From Candidatus Omnitrophota bacterium (GTDB lineage: Bacteria > Omnitrophota > Gorgyraeia > 2-01-FULL-45-10), in contig JAPLME010000010.1 of the NCBI GenBank assembly GCA_026387175.1, forward strand, positions 62,096 to 126,095: DNA of 64,000 bases, given 5' to 3'. A program made the position numbers and the translations under genes. Positions 1 through 12,000 of the stretch are shown piece after piece. Below the pieces are notes generated by a model, which was not told the origin of the DNA, did not search any database, and worked only from the letters and a program-made list of their open reading frames with translations. The first letter of the stretch is position 1. Every line of letters begins with the position of its first letter.

Positions 1-3000
1 ATAGAATCCACTATGCGCTATGGTATCACTGATATAGTGACAGGTGCCCCCCTCGCGCAATATTTCGACGCACGTGGTAACGCGAAATACCAGATTACTA
101 CAACCTCAAACCAGTTAAATATTACGGGCGATATAGCAGAGGCGCGTTTCCAGATGGTCGATACGACTCAGCGTGAAAATATTAAATTCGACGACCGTGG
201 CAGGGTCACTTCATATAAAGAAACATCCATAGACGGCGCGACGAACGGCAAAGTTATCACAGAGTCTGTAAATACGATCACCGGCTATGATTATAAGAAT
301 AGGACCACGGCGATCGAGTCGCTCGCGCACAAACATGGCGAGGATGTTGCTACCGGTGAGATCCTTGACGAAACATCCTGGACGAAGCGGGAGATCCTCG
401 AGTATGACTCGCTCGACAGAGCAATAAAGTATGACGAACTTTCGAGAAGCACCACTACCGGAGCTTCTCTTATAAATGGAAAGCTCGATGGAGGCATCCT
501 TGCCACAAAGAATACGACCGGCGTGGAGTACTATTTTAACGATAGCATGAAATCATACTGCGAAGTAACCTCTGCGGATAATATCGATATGAAGACCGAG
601 ACATTACGTTATGACATGAAGTATACCTATCTGAATCAGCTCATCTCCGACACCGAAAAAGCCCATCAGCATGATATAAGAGCCGATCTTACAGTCATTG
701 TCGATATCACAGCCATTACCGAGAGAAGCGGCATGACCTACAATGCTGTGGGCCAGATGACGGAATTCCAGGTTAAGTCCTGGTCGACGGCGGCTACAGA
801 TAGCGTAAGCACCGTTAAGACGACTGGTATGACTTATAATCAGCTAGGACGCATGATTGACTCGACTTCAGATGAGACTACCGGGAATGTTGCCGGAGAG
901 GCGATCAGCCGTATCGAAAGCGCGCTCCAGGGCTTTGACATTCTCACTCTCGAAGAGAAGAACGCGAAACTCGATGAGATAGGCGGCGCTCTCGGCCTCA
1001 AAAAAGGTGATATCACAGCCCGCAAAGCTCTCATAGACATGGGCGTCGCAAACTTTATAACAAGACTTAAGTCTGTCGGGGCTTTTGTCCTGAACTGTGC
1101 CGCCGCCGCTCTCACTTATATACTGGGAGCGTTCGGTAAGGTCCAAGCGGCCTACGAGACCATAAAGAGCCTGATCCTTACTGATCTCCTTACGGGCGGT
1201 ATCAATCCGGCAAATCTCACCGGCGCGATCGAGACATCAATGTACGCCATTATAAAGACGGCCCAGAAGAATGGCCTTAAGTTAGCCGGTGGAGCTGTGG
1301 CTCTCGACAGCCTTATAGGGATTGTGAATACGGTTAATCCCGTAATAGGTGTATTTATGAAAGGCGCCGAGACACACTATGTAGCTATCATCTATATTAC
1401 GCAGACCGTTATCAGCTACGTAGAGTCAGGACAAGTAGTTACGGTCGAGCGAAGCGAATTTGTAAAGCAGTATCAGTATACGGGAAAAGTTATCGCTAAT
1501 GAGGATATGCTTCGCGCAGACGAAATCCTGAATAATGAGGAACAAATTAAAGCCATTCGGGCGACAAAGAGCGCGGTCGAAGAGATAAATCCATTCACTA
1601 CCATAAAGACAACGACCGTGAAGACCAATATCCAATATACCAATATACAGACGGGCCTGGCGACCACATGGCATGAATATACCACGAGCGATAGTTCACC
1701 CGATAAAGTAACCAATGCCGATGTCGAAGCGACCTATAACGACAAAGGCCAGATGCTCAGCTATCGTACGCGTATGACAGAGACGGGCATTAACGGCGAG
1801 CTTGGCAAGTTAGAGAGGTCTTACAGCTTCCTTAAGAACAATTTCAGTTACGATCAAGCAACGGGGCAGGCCTCGCAGTGGCAACAAACCACATATGCGG
1901 ACACTCAGTCACCGGATCTTGTGATAGATTCGACCGTTGAAGTTACTTATGACTCGCTGCTACACATGGCTACATATACTGAGCAGGGCCATAAGAAGAG
2001 TCTCACTGATGAAGCTATATATAACGAAGCTTATACGCTAAAAAAGACAGAGCTTGTCTACAATGCATTCGGCCAGGCAGTATCCTGGACCGAAAAATCG
2101 TCATCAGATCCAGCCTTTGATCCCGCCCTCAATAAAGTGACCACAACAAAGGTCGTTGTCGAATATGATGATCTTGGCCGGACAGCGAAGAAGACAGACA
2201 ACATTAGTGAAAATGGCCCTGGCCTTGACCATACATATACCATAGTAAGCGGGATAACGGGTTATGACGGCCTAGGCAGTGTAAAGCGTGTGACTAAGAC
2301 CACGACCGATGGCGATAAGATATCGATCGAGAGCGATACGGAAGATAAAGAATATGATAGCCAGGGCCGTCTTGAGTATTCAAGGACGGACGTAACCGAG
2401 AAGTCTAAGGATGGCATTAGCCTTAATCACAAATATGCAGTCGAAACTTTCATGAAGGACATTGCCGGTGTTACACAATACTACAATGACCTTGGCCAGA
2501 TCCTCAAAATGAAGCGGGTTACCATAGATGACGGCAAGATTACGACCGAGACTGACACAGAAAACAGGACATACAATTCGCTAGGGCAGTTTAAGTATTC
2601 AAAGGCTGCAATTAGAGAACAATCTAAAGATCTTGTCAGCCTTGACCATACCTATACACAAGAGATGTCGGCAAATGAGTATAATTTGCTCGGCCAGATC
2701 AGCATTATGATCCGTACCACCGTTGATGAAGGTAAGACGACTACCGAGATCGATAGAGCGAAAAGGACCTATACAGAGGCTGGCCAACTCAAAACGTCGG
2801 ATGTTGAAATCACGGAGAAAGGCGGCGCGCTTGATCATATGTATAGGACTTATACCGATATTCAATTATATGACGGCCTCGGCCAGGTTGCGCGCATGAC
2901 CCGCACCACGACCGATGACGAAAAGCAAACCGTAGAGGCTGATGACGCCGTTGTCGTAAGGACCTATGACTCGCAGGGCCGTCTTAAGCATTCGAAGACC

Positions 3001-6000
3001 GCCATCACTGAACAATCGATAGAAGGCAGCGAGCTTAACCTTAACCACACCTACACGGTCGAGACTTCCATTAATACCTATAACCCTCTCGGGCAGACCC
3101 TCAGGATGTCTCATATCACTGTGGATGACAACAAGACTACGACAGAGACCGATACAGCTAATAGAACATATAATGTAAAGGGCCAGCTCGAGACTTCCGC
3201 CACTCGGATAAATGAAACGGGAGGCGTTTTAAACCATACCTATGACACAAAGATGACTATTAACTCTTACAATGATATCGGTCAGATAGAGAATATGACC
3301 CGCACCACGACCGATGACGAAAAGCAAACCGTAGAGGCCGATGATGCCAAAGTTGTAAGGGCCTATGACTCGCATGGCCGTCTTGAACATTCGAAGACCG
3401 CCATCACTGAACAATCGATAGAAGGCAGCGAGCTTAACCTTAACCACACCTACACGGTCGAGACTTCCGTTAATGCCTATAACCCTCTCGGGCAGACCCT
3501 CAGGATGTCTCGTGTTACCGTTGAATATTTAAAGGCTGCGGATGGAAATACTATAGTTGGGAAGACCACGACTGATACTGACGTATCTGATAGAACATAT
3601 AATGTGAAGGGCCAGCTTGAGACTTCCGCCAGCCGGATAAACGAGAAGGGCACAGGCCTGGATCATACTTACTATACAAGCATGAGAGTTGACGATTACG
3701 ATCTGCTTGGTCAAGTCGCGCGCATGACCCGCACCACGACCGACGATGAAAAGACTACCGTAGAGACTGATATAGCACCAAGAGCCTATGACTCGCAGGG
3801 CCGTCTTGAGCATTCGAAGACCGCCATCACTGAACAATCAATAGAAGGCAGCGAGCTTAACCTTAACCACACCTACACGGTCGAGACTTCCGTCAATACC
3901 TATAACCCTCTCGGACAGAACCTCAGGGTGTCTCATGTCACTGTTGATAATGGAAAGACCACGACCGAGACAGATACATCTGACAGGACATACGATATAT
4001 TGGGCCAGCTTAAGACTTCCACAAGCCTGATAGAGGAAAAAGGCACAGGCCTGTACCATATCTATAATATGGGCACGACTATCCTATCATACAATACACT
4101 GGGTCAGACCTTGGAGATGATACGCACCACAATAGAAGAGGACAAGACCACTACTGAGACGGATAAGGCGGAGAGGACTTATAATTCACTCGGGCAACTT
4201 CTGACTTCAGAAACTGATGTGCGCGAATATGGCCCGGGCCTTGACCGTACTTACACAATGAAGACAAGGGAAATATTATATAACGCTATTGGCCAGGCAA
4301 AGCGCATGTCTCGCACCATAGAAGATGGCGGTAAGACCACGACAGAAGAGGATACGGCAGATAGGAGATATGATGACCAGGGGCTTCTCAGCGCCACAAA
4401 CATCCACTACGTTGAGCAGGATATAGGGACTAAGGGCCTTGTGTTCAACCATTCTTATGATACCCAGACAATGATGGAGTGCAATGCGCTTGAGCAGGTT
4501 AAAAAGATGAAGAAAATTACGACAGACAATGGCAAGGTAACCACGGAAGAGGATGTTAGTGAAAGGAAGTATAAACTCGATGGCAAGTTAGAAAGCTCAG
4601 TTACCCAAATCCATGAAGAAGGCACCGTAGACGGGGTCCAGGTTCTGGAAAACGATTATAGGCTGACGACCGATGTTAAGGAGTATAATCTGCTCGGCCA
4701 GGTTAAGCGGATGGTCCGTATTACAAATGATGGATACAGAGTAGTAACTGAGACCGACAATAGTGGCAGGCTCTATGACACAAGTGGCAGGCTCTCAAAG
4801 TCGAATGTGAATAACCATGAAGTCGGCAGCTTGACGAAGTTGGATATGGGCAACAATGAAGTCGGCGGGCTTAACGGAACAGTTGTTCTGGACCATGCAT
4901 ACGACTTGATTACCGAGATCACAAAGTATAACGATCTCGACCAGACCCTGCAGATGACGCGCACGACGGTTGATGGCAAGAAGACCACGGTTGAGCTGGA
5001 CATCGAAAAAGATAGAACTTACGACATTCTAGGCCGGGTACTTGACACGAAAATTGCCATCACCGAACAGTCAGATGATAAACTTAGTCTTAATCATACC
5101 TACACCGTAGAGGCATCTATAACAGTTTACGACATGATGGGTCGGGTGCTTCAGTCGACGCGCACTACTATTGACGGCATTGACGGCGGCAAAAAAACCA
5201 TAGAAATCGATACGAAGGATCGGGCCTATGATATTGATAGCAGGCTCATATATTCAATGATCAAGTGCAGAGATACGAATAAGGCCACAGAAACTGCCGC
5301 CGAAGGCGCCCTCCTCGACCACACATATACGTTAACGACTAATATAAATAAGGAAAACGGCTATAACAACCTTGGCCAGCTTCTCCTTATGGACCGCAAG
5401 ACCGTTGATTACGTGATTGTTAATGGCAAGCTTGTAGAAGGCAAGACTACAACCGAGACTGATATCTCCACCTCGCCCAGAACCTATAACGTGCGCGGCC
5501 AGCTCAAGACCTCTGCTACCAGTATCAATGAATCGGGAGGGGCCTTGCCCGGTAACGTGCTTGATCATACATATACTGTGTCAGTGGAAGCAGCGAAGTA
5601 TGACGATTTCGGCCAAGTTCTTCGGATGACCCGCACGACTATCGACTACGGCCAACTTACTACCGCGATTGATATCAACGCTGGCAAGGTCACGACCGAG
5701 GTTGATACGGCTGACAGAACTTATGATTCAGCGGGCCAGCTCACATATTCAAAGGCAAGGATTACGGAAACTTCCGTAACCGGGATGGCCCTTAATCATT
5801 CATCCTTCCAGGAGAAGACGGTTTATGAGTACAACTCTCTTGGCCAGGCGACGAAATATCGCGACATATCAACCGAGCTTCTCGCTGATGGCGTGACTAC
5901 AGGCGTTGTGACCACTTCCAATACCAGTGATGTGCAATACAATAGGCAGGGTCAGATGGCCAGCATGACCAGCGCTTCATCCGCTTCATCAGGCCCCGAT

Positions 6001-9000
6001 CTCACGACGGTCAGGACCATGTCGGATATAGTATATGACACACTTGGCCTGATGATTTCATATAAGGATGCGGTAACCCAGAAGTCGTATAATATTAACG
6101 GCGATCCGAATTCTGGGATTAAATTCAATACCACGGATACCGTTATAGGTTATCATACGTCAAAAGATAAAGATGACGCAGGGAATCTCACAGGATACCC
6201 TCTCGGAGGCACGGTCATATCAAAATCGGATATTCAGGGTGATGTCACAACCTGGGTATATGACGCGCGTGACCGGCTCGTGAAGATCCAGAATCCGGAC
6301 GGCAGCATAACAGAGTACGTCTACGATGGCGACACCACTCTTATCAGGAAAGAGATCTACACTCTTGCCGATGGCAAAACAAAGACCACTAAAGAATATG
6401 ACGCAGACGGCAGGCTTGTGAAAATAGCTAACCCTGACGGCACCACGATCACATGGCAGTATGACACATTGGATAGGCTGAATATAATAACTGACGCGGA
6501 TGGCATGACTTCTACTTACACCTACTATGGGAATACTTCGATAATAAACTCGATCGAGGATTGTGATAAGAATAGCAGCGTCGTTAAGAAACGGCAGGTC
6601 TACTCCTATTATGACGCTTCCAGAAATCTTGTCGCAGCTGTAAATCTGACCAGCACCTCGGCATATGAAACTTATACTATAACCGAAACTGATCTCGACC
6701 CAGGCTACCTCTCATTCGGCGGGAGCGACTATCTCCAGCTTCCTCTCATACAGTTGAAACAGAATGGCACTATTGCGATGTGGGTGAAACTGAGCAACAC
6801 AGGTGACATGGATATCTATGGCGATGATGCATCAGGAAAAGGCGGCGGCCTGCAGGTGAAGGATGGATTTTTCTGTAGTGTTGTGGGTGCCAATAGATGG
6901 TCGACCGGTGTAGCGGTGGCGGCCGATAAATGGTACTACGTTGCGCAGGTATTTACCAGTACATCGACCACGACTTATATCTACGACGCTGATGGTAATA
7001 AATTATCGGGCGCGACAAAAGCCCTCGCCATTACCCAACAAAATCCGGCTGTCTGTCAGCTCCAGGTAGGAAGATCCTCGACAGACGTTGCTTTAGGCCT
7101 TAACGGTTTCAAGGGACAGATCGATCAGCTTGCGATATATAATACGGCGCTTTCAGAACAAGAGATGGATATGGGTAGGTATTCCGAAGGATCTGCCAGG
7201 AGCATGACCCAGAAGCTTATGGCATTCTATTCGTTCAATGATGGCACCGCGACCGATCTGACCGGCAATAAATATAACGGTTCATTTATCGGAGATCCGT
7301 CTTTTGCCATGGGGGCCAGGCCTGGGGTAAAAACCAGCTTTACTGCCGATCAGTATGATAAGAATGGCACATATATAAAGTCCTATCTTCCTGTTTTTGG
7401 GAGCTGCCCCATAGCTACGGCTGCGCTTTGGCCTAGCGGATGCTGGTCTCAGTCAGGCTTGCAATCGTTTTCTGCAGGTAATGTGAACGATGGAGGCAGC
7501 AGCATCGCTTTTCATACAGACTCGGCTGCTGTTGGTTCATGGCTTACACTAGATGCAGGCTCCGCAAAAGCGTTTACCGGAGTTACGATCTGTTCCGGAC
7601 GATCGATCCAGCCGAATGTTTCCAAATGGGAAATCCAATGGTCCGATAACGCTTCATCGTGGACTACAACAGGAGATAAAATCGATCTTAGCACCAATTA
7701 CGGTGGTTGGGTGGAGGCGCGATGGGCAAGTACCGCAGGCGCCCATAGATATTGGAGATTATATAAGCTGAATGCAGCCTCCGGCGGCGATTATGTCAGA
7801 GAAGTTCAATTCTTTACAGGGACCGATAAATATGCCAATGCCAATCCTGTGTCGAACACCGCCTTTGTTGCGTCCCCTGCGCCTGTACCGCCGATAACTA
7901 CCGGGCCGATTGGACTGACAGTAACTACGCCGCAGGCGAGCACTGCTTCTTACCCGCCGCCGGTAGTTACTTCGGTGCAGGAAGATCCCAACACCCCCGG
8001 TATCCTTCTTGTCACCTGGGGAGATAAGGGCGGCACAACGCAGACGCAGCGAAAATTTGACTTATCGACAAAGGATTATGTGCTGAATCCTGATGGCACT
8101 ATCTTCGAAACATCGATAGCTTTACCTGCCTTGGCTCCGTCAGATACTCAGACCCTTAATCTCGACGGCGGCGCTTCCATAAAGTATTGGGACCAGCCGT
8201 ACGCAGACGGCGCGTTTTACGTAACCGCATACCAGAATTACGATAACAAGGGTAATGCAGTAGGCGAGGTGCAGTATATCGGCCAGGCGCGTTCTTCGTC
8301 CGGGACGCTTCCTGTCATGACAAAACTGTCCGATGGCGGTTTCGCGCTCGTAGGGTGGGATGAAGGCAAAAAGGAGCTATACTATACCGAAATTTCGCCC
8401 AAGATGAGCGTCTCTTCGAATACCTCCCGCACGGATATCAAGTATGATATCCTGGGCCGTCTCATGACATATACCGATGTATCGAGCTCCTCCGCCTCGC
8501 CTGACCTTGAGACGACGACCGATAGGTCGGAGACCAGATACAATGCCCTCGGCCAGGTCACCTCATATATCGAGACGACGGCGAGCAAGGAATATGGCAG
8601 CGCTATATATCTTGAGAATACTAAGAATATGAGCGCTATCACATACAATACCCTCGGTCAAATGACGGAATATGTGGAGAAGAGCCACGATATCAGTACC
8701 GCTCCCGCTTCGGAGAAGATGCTCCTTGACACTGAGACCACCACGACGCGGACCATAAAGACTTATGATAAACAGGGCCGGATGACGGAGTATACGGATG
8801 TGATCGCGCCGGTGAGATCGAATGATGCCGATATTTCCATGATCACTACGACTAAGACCGTAAAGGATATAACTTACGACCCTTCGATCGGAGGCATGAG
8901 CGGATATCATGAAGACTCCAATGATAAAGGCGGCATGGTGCGAATGGATGATGGGAGCGTTACGTACGCGCTTGACATTACAACGACGACAGACCGATCC

Positions 9001-12000
9001 GGCGTCATATATAATTCCCAAAACCAGATCGCCGGATATACGGATAAGATCACGACAGACGGCGATACAAAGATCGAAACTAAGACTATTTCCGGGATGA
9101 AGTATTCGCGCACCGGACGGTCGGCCGGAAGCGTTACAAAGACGCGTGAGACCGGATCCACCGTGTTGGACGGCTATACATACGCGCTTGATTCTACTAC
9201 GACTACCACCCAGACCGATCTTGTTTATAACAAACTGGGGCAGCTTACTAAATATACCAATGTGACGATCGCCGATGCCGCCCCTGAGCGTGCCACTACA
9301 CTATTCATGAAGAATATCAAGTATGACGTGACGGGCCGCATTATAGACTATGACCAGAGTACAGTTGAACGGGCCTCTAATACATATGACCTTAACGGCG
9401 ACGGGGTGCTTGATCAAGGCGATCTTGATGCCCTGACAGAGTATATGGTCAATAAGGCGAAGGCAGATCCGGGGTATGGATATTGCCGCATCGATATCAA
9501 TGGCGATAACAAGATCGATGCAATTGATATCGATATTATCAAGAGTGCGTTGAAACCCTTTAGCGAGGGCGGTTTTGATATGGATGGGAACGGCTATATC
9601 GACGATATGGATAAACAGATATTCAGTCAAAATCTGATGGCGATCATCTCCGAGCACGCTAATATTCAGGGTCCCATTTATGACCAAACCACTCTCGCTC
9701 GTGTTCCCGAAGATACTACGGGGAGGCAGTTCGTCTGTGATGGCTATCTTACCGGAACTAATTATAAGGTCTATGTCGATGGAATAGAGCAGGCCCAAAC
9801 CGGTGTATATACGGTGAGTGAAGCAGATGAAAAAACTACCATCACCTTTAATGCACGAATAAATACCAGCAGTACAGTAGCTCTTAGTCGGCTCATCCAT
9901 GATGCGCAGCCCGGATGGGATAAGCGCTTTGACTTGAATGGCGATAATAAGATCGACCTCTCCGACCTCGAAGAGGCGTCAAAGAGGATACTGGAAATTA
10001 AAACACTCCTTATAGAGAAGTCCAAGGATATAGATTACCTTGCTCTATCTACGAGCGGTAAATATGACCTGAGTTATTCCGGAGGCGGGTACGACCTTAA
10101 TAACGATGGTTATATAAGCGCTGATGATATTAAGACATTCTTCGCGACCGTTACTGTTGATGGCCAACAGATGCCGCTCTACCAGGCATGGCTGCAGGAT
10201 ATGATGGGGAGCGTTGTTCTCAAAAATCCCTCCGGGGGTACGACGGGTAATCAATTCGTCACGAACGGCTCTCTTTCAGGAAAGCTTTGCACTGTCTATG
10301 TCAACGGGGTTGCTCAGGTGCTGAATTCCATCGCATCTAACGGATATACAGTGCTTGAGACAGGGACAGGAAATAATATCGTCAGCACAATTACCTTAAA
10401 AGCAACTATAACTGATCCAAATGCGAAGGTAGAGCTCTCCGTGCGTAAGCTTGAGAATAGCGTTACCCTTGCCAGCGTTTCCGGAGATACCACCGGAAAG
10501 CAGTTTACCCTAGACGGCTCTCTTGCGGGAAGGCTTTACACGGTCTTTGTCGATGGGACAGCTCAGGTTCTGAACAGCGGATATACGGTGAGCGAAATGA
10601 CGGACAGCACTACACATGCTGTTACCACCACGATCACCTTCACTACTGCGATACCCATCGGCAAAACAGTGAAGCTCTCCCAATGGGTGACCACGCCTGA
10701 CAATATCGCGACGGCTAACCTGAAGTCAAATCTCCTACCGCTCTACGTTAACACGGTAAAGGATGGCAAGACGGATGAATTAATGGTTGAAAACCCGTAC
10801 CTTGAAAGCCTTGCTGCCCAGATTAATAAAGTCATAGCGCAGTGTTTTAACATTAAAGCGACAGCACAAGGCACTCCTGGCACGTTTAACTTCTCCAGTT
10901 ACCTGTATTCATTAGCTAATGCTAAATATAACATCACGCTTGATAAGGTAATAGGTACCGGCGATGGATCGACCACGAGATTTGAGACCGGCCTTACGCT
11001 CGCAGATAAGAGCTATCAGATTTTTGTTAATGGTCAACTCAGTAAGTCGACCAGCTACACTGTGGATAGCGCTGGCGCTGTAACTTTCACTGCGGCTCCC
11101 GCCTCCGGCCAGGAGGTCAAGATATCGATTACACAGGTAAGGGAGAATAAAGATATAGGCCCCGGTAATGGGTCGACCAAGAAGTTTAATATCGGCTATC
11201 CGATCGTAGGCAAGACGGTCAATGTCTATGTGGATAGCGTGGTGAACGGCGTGGTAGTGAGCAGTGCGCTAATGGCTAACAACACCTATGACGTTGACCC
11301 GATTTTAGGTACCATTACTTTCAAAACAGGTACTCCGGCACCGCCAGCCAATACGAAAGTCAGGATAAAAGTGGACAATTATGACTGTTCCGTTGATGAC
11401 GCCGCCAAGACCATTACCTTTAACAATAATATTTCTACGTCTGGCATGGATGTCATGATCAAGATCAATAGCTCCGTAGGCACACTTTCCGCCCTGGATA
11501 TCATCCAGACTTTTGACAGCAATGGCAATAAAGTCCTCGATATAGCCGATGTTAATAAGCTATGGAACGACTGGAAGAAAGGAAATTTCGTATTACCTGG
11601 AGACCCTACTGATACTACGGGTGCGGGATTTAGTGGTATTTACGCCCTGGAGCTGGCAAAGTTCCTCGGCGGCGGGCAAGCTAATGGCGCTATCTCCGGG
11701 GTGCTCGATACATCCTACAGCTTTAAACAGGGAACCGCCGACTTTATGGCATTGCTCTCTCTGAGTTCTGGCTTATGGGCAGCGACGGACTATTTAGAAT
11801 TATTGAGCAGGTTCAAAGGCTTCACCAATATTGCCGTGTATGACAGTAATTCCGATAAACAGATCAGCGCAGTAAGGGATACTATTACGGGAAAAACAGC
11901 TGATGAGACCGCGTTTAGTAATCTTATACAGGATCTTCTGTATAAGAGCGGAGTAATAAAGAAAAGTAGCCTCGCCAGCGATGACCCGCTTCTTAATCTT

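Noticed and set aside
13-15. ATG13 as the true start of the giant gene
   Set aside because: The frame is open to base 1, there is no signal peptide, and the sequence is already mid-repeat.
2890-3930. Direct repeats as a CRISPR array or DGR template/variable pair
   Set aside because: The repeats are long, in-frame coding duplications about 400 nt apart. The differences are not adenine-specific, and there is no cas or reverse transcriptase gene in the window.
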